Part shown: piece after piece, positions 38,172 to 53,700 of the stretch
How positions within the stretch are numbered: position 1 is the stretch's first letter
Layout of the letters: each line of letters begins with the position of its first letter
NCBI GenBank assembly: GCA_046563655.1
Contig: JAJCTO010000010.1
Coordinates: 1-64,000 of the forward strand
DNA: 64,000 bases
Origin: Yuukianura sp. NJ FZ-2021
Lineage: Eukaryota
Direction of reading: 5' to 3'
Translations under genes and position numbers: made by a program
Notes under the pieces: generated by a model
Told to the model about the DNA's origin: nothing
Databases searched by the model: none
The model's input: the letters and a program-made list of their open reading frames with translations, nothing else

Positions 38172-40460
38172 GGCAGGCGAGAGCCCCATGATACATTTGA
38201 TAACGTTTTGAATGCTGCAATGTGGCACTTACAATATATCGCAAGTCAGGCAGGCGAGAGCCCCATGATACATGAAAAGTTTTTGGGTTCACAACTGCGA
38301 TTAAAAAAACACAAGTTCTAGTTTGTGTTGGAAATTTGCAATATTTCACGGATTACATGACATGACGTTGCTTCTTACATAAGACTGAAACAGCACGAAA
38401 ATCAACGCATTGATTCACTTTGAAGTACCACAAATGCTTTTAAAGACCTGTCAAACACACAACACCAAACGGTTTCAGGGATAACGTTTGAATGCTGCAA
38501 TGTGGCACTTACAATATATCGCAATTCAAGCAGGCGAGAGCCCCATGATACATAAGTTTTTGGGTTCACAACTGCGATTAAAAAAACACGAGTTCTAGTT
38601 TGTGTCGGAAATTTGCCATATTTCACTGATTACATAGCATGACGTTGCTTCTTACATAAGACTGTAACTGCCGGAAAATCGACGCATTGATTCGCTTTCG
38701 AAGTACCACAAATGCTTTTAAAGACCTGCCAAATACACAACACCAAACGGTTTCAGGGATAACGTTTGAATGCTGCAATGTGGCACTTACAATATATCGC
38801 AATTCAAGCAGGCGAGAGCCCCATGATACATAAGTTTTTGGGTTCACAACTGCGATTAAAAAACACGAGTTCTAGTTTGTGTTGGAAATTTGCCATATTT
38901 CACTGGTTACATAGCATGACGTTGCTTCTTACATAATACTGTAACTGCCGGAAAATCGACGCATTGATTCGCTTTCGAAGTACCACAAATGCTTTTAAAG
39001 ACCTGTCAAACACACAACACAAAACGGTGTCAGGGATAACGTTTTGAATGCTGCAATGTGGCACTTACAATATATCGCAATTCAGGCAGGCGAGAGCCCC
39101 ATAATACATAAGTTTTTGGGTTCACAACTGCGATTAAAAAAACACAAGTTCTAGTTTGTGTTGGAAATTTGCAATATTTCACGGATTACATGACATGACG
39201 TTGCTTCTTACATAAGACTGAAACAGCACGAAAATCAACGCATTGATTCACTTTGAAGTACCACAAATGCTTTTAAAGACCTGTCAAACACACAACACCA
39301 AACGGTTTCAGGGATAACGTTTGAATGCTGCAATGTGGCACTTACAATATATCGCAATTCAAGCAGGCGAGAGCCCCATGATACATAAGTTTTTGGGTTC
39401 ACAACTGCGATTAAAAAACACGAGTTCTAGTTTGTGTCGGAAATTTGCCATATTTCACTGATTACATAGCATGACGTTGCTTCTTACATAAGACTGTAAC
39501 TGCCGGAAAATCGACGCATTGATTCGCTTTCGAAGTACCACAAATGCTTTTAAAGACCTGCCAAATACACAACACCAAACGGTTTCAGGGATAACGTTTG
39601 AATGCTGCAATGTGGCACTTACAATATATCGCAATTCAAGCACGCGAGAGCCCCATGATACATAAGTTTTTGGGTTCACAACAGCGATTAAAAAAACACG
39701 AGTTCTAGTTTGTGTTGGAAATTTGCCATATTTCACTGATTACATAGCATGGCGTTGCTTTTTACATAAGACTGTAACTGCCGGAAAATCGACGCATTGA
39801 TTCGCTTTCGAAGTACCACAAATGCTTTTAAAGACCTATCAAACACACAACACAAAACGGTGTCAGGGATAACGTTTTGAATGCTGCAATGTGGCACTTA
39901 CAATATATCGCAATTCAAGCAGGCGAGAGCCCCATGATACATAAGTTTCTGGGTTCACAACTGCGATTAAAAAAACACGAGTTCTAGTTTGTGTTGTAAA
40001 TTTGCCATATTTCACTGGTTACATAGCATGACGTTGCTTCTTACATAATACTGTAACTGCCGGAAAATCGACGCATTGATTCGCTTTCGAAGTACCACAA
40101 ATGCTTTTAAAGACCTGTCAAACACACAACACAAAACGGTGTCAGGGATAACGTTTTGAATGCTGCAATGTGGCACTTACAATATATCGCAATTCAGGCA
40201 GGCGAGAGCCCCATAATACATAAGTTTTTGGGTTCACAACTGCGATTAAAAAACACAAGTTCTAGTTTGTGTTGGAAATTTGCAATATTTCACGGATTAC
40301 ATGACATGACGTTGCTTCTTACATAAGACTGAAACAGCACGAAAATCAACGCATTGATTCACTTTGAAGTACCACAAATGCTTTTAAAGACCTGTCAAAC
40401 ACACAACACCAAACGGTTTCAGGGATAACGTTTGAATGCTGCAATGTGGCACTTACAATA

Positions 40461-41469
40461 CAGGGTGTGGCAGCCAAAAGTAGACACCTAAATTATAAAT
40501 ATTTTGTTTATTTTCGTTGTTATGGGGGGAAACTTGCACCGAAGCGCAAAAAATCAAGAATCTGTGATACATGTGCTGATAAAATACAAGTACGTTATTT
40601 TAACTGAAATTAAACGAATTAGATTTGGTGCTCACAGTGACCGAAAATTAAATTTTAAAACACAGTTTACGTAATCGGAAGTAAAGCCTACTTTTAGAAA
40701 ACGCACCCGAACTAATGATGGTCCATTTTTTCATTTAGGAAAAATGTGGCTTCATCAGTGAAACAGATCCTGAAAGTCAAAGTAGGATCTCTGTCAGTGA
40801 CAATGCTGGATATGTGTGACAGGCTGTCACACATATCCAACATTTTTTCACAGAAATCCATCCTGTTCATAGGATTTCCATTTTGAAAAGCATGTATGCA
40901 TGCTTTACAATTTTCACCCTTACAAGATGAAGTTCGTATAGGAACTTCATCTTGTAAGGGTGTTCTTTCTTAATATTTCGTCAGAAATGTCCAGCATGAA
41001 CGCTCATTTTCCTCAGTGACGAGTGTGAATTCATATTCACAAAGGCTTAAATACTGCCAGCATTTTCATCGTTCGTTTCAGGCTTCGAGCCATTCCGCAC
41101 TTGGTTATTCAAATTTCACAACTGGACTTGATTTTTCTCTCACATTTCGAGTGTCCGAATCGCCGGAATTGACCGATTCAGATAAAGTGCCGCAAAATAA
41201 TCTCTGGCTTTTCTGTAGCTTCCTTGCTGAAAGCACATGGCAGACAATTCTGCTCTTTGAATGGTGGATAATTGCGGCATTTTAGATTTGTAGAAAGAAA
41301 TTGGAAGACGGAGCAGAAGCCGATAACTCAAAACGGATTTCAATTTTCGGTTTTTGCCTTTTGTCAATTTTTGAATTTGGACAAAATTCTTCCCCCATTA
41401 TTTACGACTTTTACGTCGGTTACCCATAACAACGAATTTAAGGTGTCTACTTTTGGCTGCCACACCCTG
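40461..41469 (-). mobile_element. Tc1/mariner-superfamily DNA transposon, internally deleted (1009 bp)
   Basis: Perfect 29-bp TIRs CAGGGTGTGGCAGCCAAAAGTAGACACCT lie at 40461-40489 and 41441-41469. TA is duplicated (40459-40460, 41470-41471) relative to the empty monomer acaaTAtatcgc. Transposase remnants are present. Confidence 0.95.
40712..41280 (-). pseudogene. Truncated Tc1/mariner-type transposase (N-terminal HTH, DUF4817-like, to first catalytic Asp)
   Basis: Minus-strand fragments read MPQLSTIQRAELSAMCFQQGSYRKARDYF..., KEHPYKMKFLYEL, NRMDFCEKML and DPTLTFRICFTDEATFFLN, then a stop. The second and third catalytic residues are absent. Confidence 0.85.
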
Positions 41470-41859
41470 TATATCGCAATTCAAGCAGGCGGGAGCCCCA
41501 TGATACATAAGTTTTTGGGTTCACAACTGCGATTAAAAAAACACGAGTTCTAGTTTGTGTCGGAAATTTGCCATATTTCACTGATTACATAGCATGACGT
41601 TGCTTCTTACATAAGACTGTAACTGCCGGAAAATCGACGCATTGATTCGCTTTCGAAGTACCACAAATGCTTTTAAAGACCTGCCAAATACACAACACCA
41701 AACGGTTTCAGGGATAACGTTTGAATGCTGCAATGTGGCACTTACAATATATCGCAATTCAAGCACGCGAGAGCCCCATGATACATAAGTTTTTGGGTTC
41801 ACAACAGCGATTAAAAAAACACGAGTTCTAGTTTGTGTTGGAAATTTGCCATATTTCAC

Positions 41860-44700
41860 TGGTTACATAGCATGACGTTGCTTCTTACGTAAGACTGAAA
41901 CAGCACGAAAATCGACGCATTGATTCACTTTGAAGTACCACAAATGTTTTTAAAGACCTGCCAAACACACAACACCAAACGGTTTCAGGGATAACGTTTG
42001 AATGCTGCAATGTGGCACTTACAATATATCGCAATTCAGGCAGGCGAGAGCCCCATGATACATAAGTTTTTGGGTTCACAACTGCGATTAAAAAAACACA
42101 AGTTCTAGTTTGTGTCGGAAATTTGCCATATTTCACTGATTACATAGCATGACGTTGCTTCTTACATAAGACTGAAACAGCACGAAAATCAACGCATTGA
42201 TTCACTTTGAAGTACCACAAATGCTTTTAAAGACCTGTCAAACACACAACACCAAAGGGTTTCAGGGATAACGTTTGAATGCTGCAATGTGGCACTTACA
42301 ATATATCGCAATTCAAGCAGGCGAGAGCCCCATGATACATAAGTTTTTGGGTTCACAACTGCGATTAAAAAAACACGAGTTCTAGTTTGTGTTGGAAATT
42401 TGCCATATTTCTCTGATTAAATGACATGACGTTGCTTCTTACATAAGACTGAAACAGCACGAGAATCGACGTATTGATTCGCTTTCGAAGTACCACAAAT
42501 GCTTTTAAAGACCTGTCAAACACACAACACCAAACGGTTTCAGGGATAACGTTTGAATGCTGCAATGTGGCACTTACAATATATCGCAATTCAGGCAGGC
42601 GAGAGCCCCATGATACATAAGTTTTTGGGTTCACAACTGCGATTAAAAAAACACAAGTTCTAGTTTGTGTCGGAAATTTGCCATATTTCACTGATTACAT
42701 AGCATGACGTTGCTTCTTACATAAGACTGAAACAGCACGAAAATCAACGCATTGATTCACTTTGAAGTACCACAAATGCTTTTAAAGACCTGTCAAACAC
42801 ACAACACCAAACGGTTTCAGGGATAACGTTTGAATGCTGCAATGTGGCACTTACAATATATCGCAATTCAAGCAGGCGAGAGCCCCATGATACATAAGTT
42901 TTTGGGTTCACAACTGCGATTAAAAAAACACGAGTTCTAGTTTGTGTCGGAAATTTGCCATATTTCACTGATTACATAGCATGACGTTGCTTCTTACATA
43001 AGACTGTAACTGCCGGAAAATCGACGCATTGATTCGCTTTCGAAGTACCACAAATGCTTTTAAAGACCTGTCAAACACACAACACCAAACGGTTTCAGGG
43101 ATAACGTTTGAATGCTGCAATGTGGCACTTACAATATATCGCAATTCAAGCAGGCGAGAGCCCCATGATACATAAGTTTTTGGGTTCACAACTGCGATTA
43201 AAAAACACGAGTTCTAGTTTGTGTCGGAAATTTGCCATATTTCACTGATTACATAGCATGACGTTGCTTCTTACATAAGACTGTAACTGCCGGAAAATCG
43301 ACGCATTGATTCGCTTTCGAAGTACCACAAATGCTTTTAAAGACCTGCCAAATACACAACACCAAACGGTTTCAGGGATAACGTTTGAATGCTGCAATGT
43401 GGCACTTACAATATATCGCAATTCAAGCAGGCGAGAGCCCCATGATACATAAGTTTTTGGGTTCACAACTGCGATTAAAAAACACGAGTTCTAGTTTGTG
43501 TTGGAAATTTGCCATATTTCACTGGTTACATAGCATGACGTTGCTTCTTACGTAAGACTGAAACAGCACGAAAATCGACGCATTGATTCACTTTGAAGTA
43601 CCACAAATGTTTTTAAAGACCTGCCAAACACACAACACCAAACGGTTTCAGGGATAACGTTTGAATGCTGCAATGTGGCACTTACAATATATCGCAATTC
43701 AGGCAGGCGAGAGCCCCATGATACATAAGTTTTTGGGTTCACAACTGCGATTAAAAAACACAAGTTCTAGTTTGTGTCGGAAATTTGCCATATTTCACTG
43801 ATTACATAGCATGACGTTGCTTCTTACATAAGACTGAAACAGCACGAAAATCAACGCATTGATTCACTTTGAAGTACCACAAATGCTTTTAAAGACCTGT
43901 CAAACACACAACACCAAAGGGTTTCAGGGATAACGTTTGAATGCTGCAATGTGGCACTTACAATATATCGCAATTCAAGCAGGCGAGAGCCCCATGATAC
44001 ATAAGTTTTTGGGTTCACAACTGCGATTAAAAAAACACGAGTTCTAGTTTGTGTTGGAAATTTGCCATATTTCTCTGATTAAATGACATGACGTTGCTTC
44101 TTACATAAGACTGAAACAGCACGAGAATCGACGTATTGATTCGCTTTCGAAGTACCACAAATGCTTTTAAAGACCTGTCAAACACACAACACCAAACGGT
44201 TTCAGGGATAACGTTTGAATGCTGCAATGTGGCACTTACAATATATCGCAATTCAGGCAGGCGAGAGCCCCATGATACATAAGTTTTTGGGTTCACAACT
44301 GCGATTAAAAAAACACAAGTTCTAGTTTGTGTCGGAAATTTGCCATATTTCACTGATTACATAGCATGATGTTGCTTCTTACATAAGACTGAAACAGCAC
44401 GAAAATCAACGCATTGATTCACTTTGAAGTACCACAAATGCTTTTAAAGACCTGTCAAACACACAACACCAAAGGGTTTCAGGGATAACGTTTGAATGCT
44501 GCAATGTGGCACTTACAATATATCGCAATTCAAGCAGGCGAGAGCCCCATGATACATAAGTTTTTGGGTTCACAACTGCGATTAAAAAAACACGAGTTCT
44601 AGTTTGTGTCGGAAATTTGCCATATTTCACTGATTACATAGCATGACGTTGCTTCTTACATAAGACTGTAACTGCCGGAAAATCGACGCATTGATTCGCT
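41860..44700. repeat. SatC 6-monomer (~1662-bp) duplication
   Basis: Rare variants (cttacgtaag; caaagggttt; ctctgattaaatgac/gagaatcgacgtatt) recur with a 1662-1663-bp offset: 41885/43548, 42365/44027, 42744/44406. Confidence 0.85.
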
Positions 44701-47700
44701 TTCGAAGTACCACAAATGCTTTTAAAGACCTGTCAAACACACAACACCAAACGGTGTCAGGGATAACGTTTTGAATGCTGCAATGTGGCACTTACAATAT
44801 ATCGCAATTCAGGCAGGCGAGAGCCCCATGATACATAAGTTTTTGGGTTCACAACTGCGATTAAAAAAACACAAGTTCTAGTTTGTGTTGGAAATTTGCA
44901 ATATTTCACGGATTACATGACATGACGTTGCTTCTTACATAAGACTGAAACAGCACGAAAATCGACGCATTGATTCACTTTGAAGTACCACAAATGCTTT
45001 TAAAGACCTGTCAAACACACAACACCAAACGGTTTCAGGGATAACGTTTGAATGCTGCAATGTGGCACTTACAATATATCGCAATTCAAGCAGGCGAGAG
45101 CCCCATGATACATAAGTTTTTGGGTTCACAACTGCGATTAAAAAAACACGAGTTCTAGTTTGTGTTGGAAATTTGCCATATTTCACTGATTACATAGCAT
45201 GACGTTGCTTCTTACATAAGACTGTAACTGCCGGAAAATCGACGCATTGATTCGCTTTCGAAGTACCACAAATGCTTTTAAAGACCTGTCAAATACACAA
45301 CACCAAACGGTTTCAGGGATAACGTTTGAATGCTGCAATGTGGCACTTACAATATATCGCAATTCAAGCAGGCGAGAGCCCCATGATACATAAGTTTTTG
45401 GGTTCACAACTGCGATTAAAAAAACACGAGTTCTAGTTTGTGTTGGAAATTTGCCATATTTCACTGATTACATAGCATGGCGTTGCTTTTTACATAAGAC
45501 TGTAACTGCCGGAAAATCGACGCATTGATTCGCTTTCGAAGTACCACAAATGCTTTTAAAGACCTATCAAACACACAACACCAAACGGTTTCAGGGATAA
45601 CGTTTGAATGCTGCAATGTGGCACTTACAATATATCGCAATTCAGGCAGGCGAGAGCCCCATGATACATAAGTTTTTGGGTTCACAACAGCGATTAAAAA
45701 AACACGAGTTCTAGTTTGTGTTGGAAATTTGCCATATTTCACTGATTACATAGCATGGCGTTGCTTTTTACATAAGACTGTAACTGCCGGAAAATCGACG
45801 CATTGATTCGCTTTCGAAGTACCACAAATGCTTTTAAAGACCTATCAAACACACAACACAAAACGGTGTCAGGGATAACGTTTTGAATGCTGCAATGTGG
45901 CACTTACAATATATCGCAATTCAAGCAGGCGAGAGCCCCATGATACATAAGTTTTTGGGTTCACAACTGCGATTAAAAAACCACGAGTTCTAGTTTGTGT
46001 TGGAAATTTGCCATATTTCACTGATTACATAGCATGACGTTGCTTCTTACATAAGACTGTAACTGCCGGAAAATCGACGCATTGATTCGCTTTCGAAGTA
46101 CCACAAATGCTTTTAAAGACCTGTCAAACACACAACACAAAACGGTGTCAGGGATAACGTTTTGAATGCTGCAATGTGGCACTTACAATATATCGCAATT
46201 CAGGCAGGCGAGAGCCCCATGATACATAAGTTTTTGGGTTCACAACTGCGATTAAAAAAACACGAGTTCTAGTTTGTGTTGGAAATTTGCCAATATTTCA
46301 CGGATTACATGACATGACGTTGCTTCTTACATAAGACTGAAACAGCACGAAAATCGACGCATTGATTCACTTTGAAGTACCACAAATGCTTTTAAAGACC
46401 TGTCAAACACACAACACCAAACGGTTTCAGGGATAACGTTTGAATGCTGCAATGTGGCACTTACAATATATCGCAATTCAGGCAGGCGAGAGCCCCATGA
46501 TACATAAGTTTTTGGGTTCACAACTGAGATTAAAAAAACACGAGTTCTAGTTTGTGTCGGAAATTTGCCATATTTCACTGATTACATAGCATGACGTTGC
46601 TTCTTACATAAGACTGAAACAGCACGAAAATCAACGCATTGATTCACTTTGAAGTTCCACAAATGCTTTTAAAGACATGTCAAACACACAACACCAAACG
46701 GTTTCAGGGATAACGTTTTGAATGCTGCAATGTGGCACTTACAATATATCGCAATTCAAGCAGGCGAGAGCCCCATGATACATAAGTTTTTGGGTTCACA
46801 ACTGCGATTAAAAAACACGAGTTCTAGTTTGTGTCGGAAATTTGCCATATTTCACTGATTACATAGCATGACGTTGCTTCTTACATAAGACTGTAACTGC
46901 CGGAAAATCGACGCATTGATTCGCTTTCGAAGTACCACAAATGCTTTTAAAGACCTGTCAAATACACAACACCAAACGGTTTCAGGGATAACGTTTGAAT
47001 GCTGCAATGTGGCACTTACAATATATCGCAATTCAAGCAGGCGAGAGCCCCATGATACATAAGTTTTTGGGTTCACAACTGCGATTAAAAAACACGAGTT
47101 CTAGTTTGTGTTGGAAATTTGCCATATTTCACTGATTACATAGCATGACGTTGCTTTTTACATAAGACTGTAACTGCCGGAAAATCGACGCATTGATTCG
47201 CTTTCGAAGTACCACAAATGCTTTTAAAGACCTGTCAAACACACAACACAAAACGGTGTCAGGGATAACGTTTTGAATGCTGCAATGTGGCACTTACAAT
47301 ATATCGCAATTCAAGCAGGCGAGAGCCCCATGATACATAAGTTTCTGGGTTCACAACAGCGATTAAAAAAACACGAGTCCTAGTTTGTGTTGGAAATTTG
47401 CCATATTTCACTGGTTACATAGCATGACGTTGCTTCTTACATAAGACTGTAACTGCCGGAAAATCGACGCATTGATTCGCTTTCGAAGTACCACAAATGC
47501 TTTTAAAGACCTGTCAAACACACAACACAAAACGGTGTCAGGGATAACGTTTTGAATGCTGCAATGTGGCACTTACAATATATCGCAATTCAGGCAGGCG
47601 AGAGCCCCATGATACATAAGTTTTTGGGTTCACAACTGCGATTAAAAAAACACGAGTTCTAGTTTGTGTTGGAAATTTGCCATATTTCACTGGTTACATA

Positions 47701-50700
47701 GCATGACGTTGCTTCTTACATAATACTGTAACTGCCGGAAAATCGACGCATTGATTCGCTTTCGAAGTACCACAAATGCTTTTAAAGACCTGTCAAACAC
47801 ACAACACCAAACGGTTTCAGTGATAACGTTTGAATGCTGCAATGTGGCACTTACAATATATCGCAATTCAGGCAGGCGAGAGCCCCATGATACATAAGTT
47901 TCTGGGTTCACAACAGCGATTAAAAAAACACGAGTTCTAGTTTGTGTTGGAAATTTGCCATATTTCACTGGTTACATAGCATGACGTTGCTTCTTACATA
48001 ATACTGTAACTGCCGGAAAATCGACGCATTGATTCGCTTTCGAAGTACCACAAATGCTTTTAAAGACCTGTCAAACACACAACACCAAAACGGTGTCAGG
48101 GATAACGTTTTGAATGCTGCAATAGGGCACTTACAATATATCGCAATTCAGGCAGGCGAGAGCCCCATGATACATAAGTTTTTGGGTTCACAACTGCAAT
48201 CAAAAAAACACGAGCTCTAGTTTGTGTTGGAAATTTGAAATATTTCACGGATTACATGGCATGACGTTGCTTCTTACATAAGACTGAAACAGCGGAAAAA
48301 TCGACGCATTGATTCACTTTGAAGTACCACAAATGCTTTTAAAGACCTGTCAAACACACAACACCAAACGGTTTCAGGGATAACGTTTGAATGCTGCAAT
48401 GTGGCACTTACAATATATCGCAATTCAAGCAGGCGAGAGCCCCATGATACATAAGTTTTTGGGTTCACAACTGCGATTAAAAAAACACGAGTTCTAGTTT
48501 GTGTCGGAAATTTGCCATATTTCACTGATTACATAGCATGACGTTGCTTCTTACATAAGACTGAAACAGCACGAAAATCGACGCATTGATTCACTTTGAA
48601 GTACCACAAATGCTTTTAAAGACCTGTCAAACACACAACACCAAACGGTTTCAGGGATAACGTTTGAATGCTGCAATGTGGCACTTACAATATATCGCAA
48701 TTCAAGCAGGCGAGAGCCCCATGATACATAAGTTTTTGGGTTCACAACTGCGATTAAAAAAACACGAGTTCTAGTTTGTGTTGGAAATTTGCCATATTTC
48801 ACTGGTTACATAGCATGACGTTGCTTCTTACATAATACTGTAACTGCCGGAAAATCGACGCATTGATTCGCTTTGAAGTTCCACAAATGCTTTTAAAGAC
48901 ATGTCAAACACACAACACCAAACGGTTTCAGGGATAACGTTTGAATGCTGCAATGTGGCACTTACAATATATCGCAATTCAAGCAGGCGAGAGCCCCATG
49001 ATACATAAGTTTTTGGGTTCACAACTGCGATTAAAAAAACACGAGTTCTAGTTTGTGTTGGAAATTTGCCATATTTCACTGGTTACATAGCATGACGTTG
49101 CTTCTTACATAATACTGTAACTGCCGGAAAATCGACGCATTGATTCGCTTTCGAAGTACCACAAATGCTTTTAAAGACCTGTCAAACACACAACACAAAA
49201 CGGTGTCAGGGATAACGTTTTGAATGCTGCAATGTGGCACTTACAATATATCGCAATTCAGGCAGGCGAGAGCCCCATGATACATAAGTTTTTGGGTTCA
49301 CAACTGCGATTAAAAAAACACGAGTTCTAGTTTGTGTTGGAAATTTGCCATATTTCACTGGTTACATAGCATGACGTTGCTTCTTACATAATACTGTAAC
49401 TGCCGGAAAATCGACGCATTGATTCGCTTTCGAAGTACCACAAATGCTTTTAAAGACCTGTCAAACACACAACACCAAACGGTTTCAGGGATAACGTTTG
49501 AATGCTGCAATGTGGCACTTACAATATATCGCAATTCAGGCAGGCGAGAGCCCCATGATACATAAGTTTTTGGGTTCACAACTGCGATTAAAAAAACACG
49601 AGTTCTAGTTTGTGTTGGAAATTTGCCATATTTCACTGGTTACATAGCATGACGTTGCTTCTTACATAATACTGTAACTGCCGGAAAATCGACGCATTGA
49701 TTCGCTTTCGAAGTACCACAAATGCTTTTAAAGACCTGTCAAACACACAACACAAAACGGTGTCAGGGATAACGTTTTGAATGCTGCAATGTGGCACTTA
49801 CAATATATCGCAATTCAGGCAGGCGAGAGCCCCATGATACATAAGTTTTTGGGTTCACAACTGCAATCAAAAAAACACGAGCTCTAGTTTGTGTTGGAAA
49901 TTTGAAATATTTCACGGATTACATGGCATGACGTTGCTTCTTACATAAGACTGAAACAGCGGAAAAATCGACGCATTGATTCACTTTGAAGTACCACAAA
50001 TGCTTTTAAAGACCTGTCAAACACACAACACCAAACGGTTTCAGGGATAACGTTTGAATGCTGCAATGTGGCACTTACAATATATCGCAATTCAAGCAGG
50101 CGAGAGCCCCATGATACATAAGTTTTTGGGTTCACAACTGCGATTAAAAAACACGAGTTCTAGTTTGTGTTGGAAATTTGCCATATTTCACTGATTACAT
50201 AGCATGACGTTGCTTCTTACATAAGACTGTAACTGCCGGAAAATCGACGCATTGATTCGCTTTCGAAGTACCACAAATGCTTTTAAAGACCTGCCAAATA
50301 CACAACACCAAACGGTTTCAGGGATAACGTTTGAATGCTGCAATGTGGCACTTACAATATATCGCAATTCAAGCACGCGAGAGCCCCATGATACATAAGT
50401 TTTTGGGTTCACAACAGCGATTAAAAAAACACGAGTTCTAGTTTGTGTTGGAAATTTGCCATATTTCACTGATTACATAGCATGACGTTGCTTCTTACAT
50501 AAGACTGTAACTGCCGGAAAATCGACGCATTGATTCGCTTTCGAAGTACCACAAATGCTTTTAAAGACCTGTCAAACACACAACACAAAACGGTGTCAGG
50601 GATAACGTTTTGAATGCTGCAATGTGGCACTTACAATATATCGCAATTCAGGCAGGCGAGAGCCCCATGATACATAAGTTTTTGGGTTCACAACTGCGAT

Positions 50701-53700
50701 TAAAAAACACGAGCTCTAGTTTGTGTTGGAAATTTGAAATATTTCACGGATTACATGGCATGACGTTGCTTCTTACATAAGACTGAAACAGCGGAAAAAT
50801 CGACGCATTGATTCACTTTGAAGTACCACAAATGCTTTTAAAGACCTGTCAAACACACAACACCAAACGGTTTCAGGGATAACGTTTGAATGCTGCAATG
50901 TGGCACTTACAATATATCGCAATTCAAGCAGGCGAGAGCCCCATGATACATAAGTTTTTGGGTTCACAACTGCGATTAAAAAACACGAGTTCTAGTTTGT
51001 GTTGGAAATTTGCCATATTTCACTGATTACATAGCATGACGTTGCTTCTTACATAAGACTGTAACTGCCGGAAAATCGACGCATTGATTCGCTTTCGAAG
51101 TACCACAAATGCTTTTAAAGACCTGCCAAATACACAACACCAAACGGTTTCAGGGATAACGTTTGAATGCTGCAATGTGGCACTTACAATATATCGCAAT
51201 TCAAGCAGGCGAGAGCCCCATGATACATAAGTTTTTGGGTTCACAACTGCGATTAAAAAACACGAGTTCTAGTTTGTGTTGGAAATTTGCCATATTTCAC
51301 TGATTACATAGCATGACGTTGCTTCTTACATAAGACTGTAACTGCCGGAAAATCGACGCATTGATTCGCTTTCGAAGTACCACAAATGCTTTTAAAGACC
51401 TGTCAAACACACCACACAAAACGGTGTCAGGGATAACGTTTTGAATGCTGCAATGTGGCACTTACAATATATCGCAATTCAAGCAGGCGAGAGCCCCATG
51501 ATACATAAGTTTTTGGGTTCACAACTGCGATTAAAAAAACACGAGTTCTAGTTTGTGTTGGAAATTTGCCATATTTCACTGGTTACATAGCATGACGTTG
51601 CTTCTTACATAAGACTGTAACTGCCGGAAAATCGACGCATTGATTCGCTTTCGAAGTACCACAAATGCTTTTAAAGACCTGCCAAATACACAACACCAAA
51701 CGGTTTCAGGGATAACGTTTGAATGCTGCAATGTGGCACTTACAATATATCGCAATTCAAGCAGGCGAGAGCCCCATGATACATAAGTTTTTGGGTTCAC
51801 AACTGCGATTAAAAAACACGAGTTCTAGTTTGTGTTGGAAATTTGCCATATTTCACTGATTACATAGCATGGCGTTGCTTCTTACATAAGACTGTAACTG
51901 CCGGAAAATCGACGCATTGATTCGCTTTCGAAGTACCACAAATGCTTTTAAAGACCTGTCAAACACACAACACCAAACGGTTTCAGGGATAACGTTTGAA
52001 TGCTGCAATGTGGCACTTACAATATATCGCAATTCAAGCACGCGAGAGCCCCATGATACATAAGTTTTTGGGTTCACAACTGCGATTAAAAAAACACGAG
52101 TTCTAGTTTGTGTTGGAAATTTGCCATATTTCACTGATTACATAGCATGACGTTGCTTCTTACATAAGACTGTAACTGCCGGAAAATCGACGCATTGATT
52201 CGCTTTCGAAGTACCACAAATGCTTTTAAAGACCTGTCAAACACACAACACAAAACGGTGTCAGGGATAACGTTTTGAATGCTGCAATGTGGCACTTACA
52301 ATATATCGCAATTCAGGCAGGCGAGAGCCCCATGATACATAAGTTTTTGGGTTCACAACTGCAATAAAAAAAACACGAGCTCTAGTTTGTGTTGGAAATT
52401 TGAAATATTTCACGGATTACATGGCATGACGTTGGTTCTTACATAAAACTGAAACAGCACGAAAATCGACGCATTGATTCACTTTGAAGTACCACAAATG
52501 CTTTTAAAGACCTGTCAAACACACAACACCAAACGGTTTCAGGGATAACGTTTGAATGCTGCAATGTGGCACTTACAATATATCGCAATTCAAGCAGGCG
52601 AGAGCCCCATGATACATAAGTTTTTGGGTTCACAACTGCGATTAAAAAACACAAGTTCTAGTTTGTGTTGGAAATTTGCCATATTTCACTGATTACATAG
52701 CATGACGTTGCTTCTTACATAAGACTGTAACTGCCGGAAAATCGACGCATTGATTCGCTTTCGAAGTACCACAAATGCTTTTAAAGACCTGCCAAATACA
52801 CAACACCAAACGGTTTCAGGGATAACGTTTGAATGCTGCAATGTGGCACTTACAATATATCGCAATTCAAGCACGCGAGAGCCCCATGATACATAAGTTT
52901 TTGGGTTCACAACTGCGATTAAAAAAACACGAGTTCTAGTTTGTGTTGGAAATTTGCCATATTTCACTGATTACATAGCATGACGTTGCTTCTTACATAA
53001 GACTGTAACTGCCGGAAAATCGACGCATTGATTCGCTTTCGAAGTACCACAAATGCTTTTAAAGACCTATCAAACACACAACACAAAACGGTGTCAGGGA
53101 TAACGTTTTGAATGCTGCAATGTGGCACTTACAATATATCGCAATTCAAGCAGGCGAGAGCCCCATGATACATAAGTTTTTGGGTTCACAACTGCGATTA
53201 AAAAACACGAGTTCTAGTTTGTGTTGTAAATTTGCCATATTTCACTGGTTACATAGCATGACGTTGCTTCTTACATAATACTGTAACTGCCGGAAAATCG
53301 ACGCATTGATTCGCTTTCGAAGTACCACAAATGCTTTTAAAGACCTGCCAAATACACAACACCAAACGGTTTCAGGGATAACGTTTGAATGCTGCAATGT
53401 GGCACTTACAATATATCGCAATTCAAGCAGGCGAGAGCCCCATGATACATAAGTTTTTGGGTTCACAACTGCGATTAAAAAAACACGAGTTCTAGTTTGT
53501 GTTGGAAATTTGCCATATTTCACTGGTTACATAGCATGACGTTGCTTCTTACATAAGACTGTAACTGCCGGAAAATCGACGCATTGATTCGCTTTCGAAG
53601 TACCACAAATGCTTTTAAAGACCTGTCAAACACACAACACCAAACGGTTTCAGGGATAACGTTTGAATGCTGCAATGTGGCACTTACAATATATCGCAAT

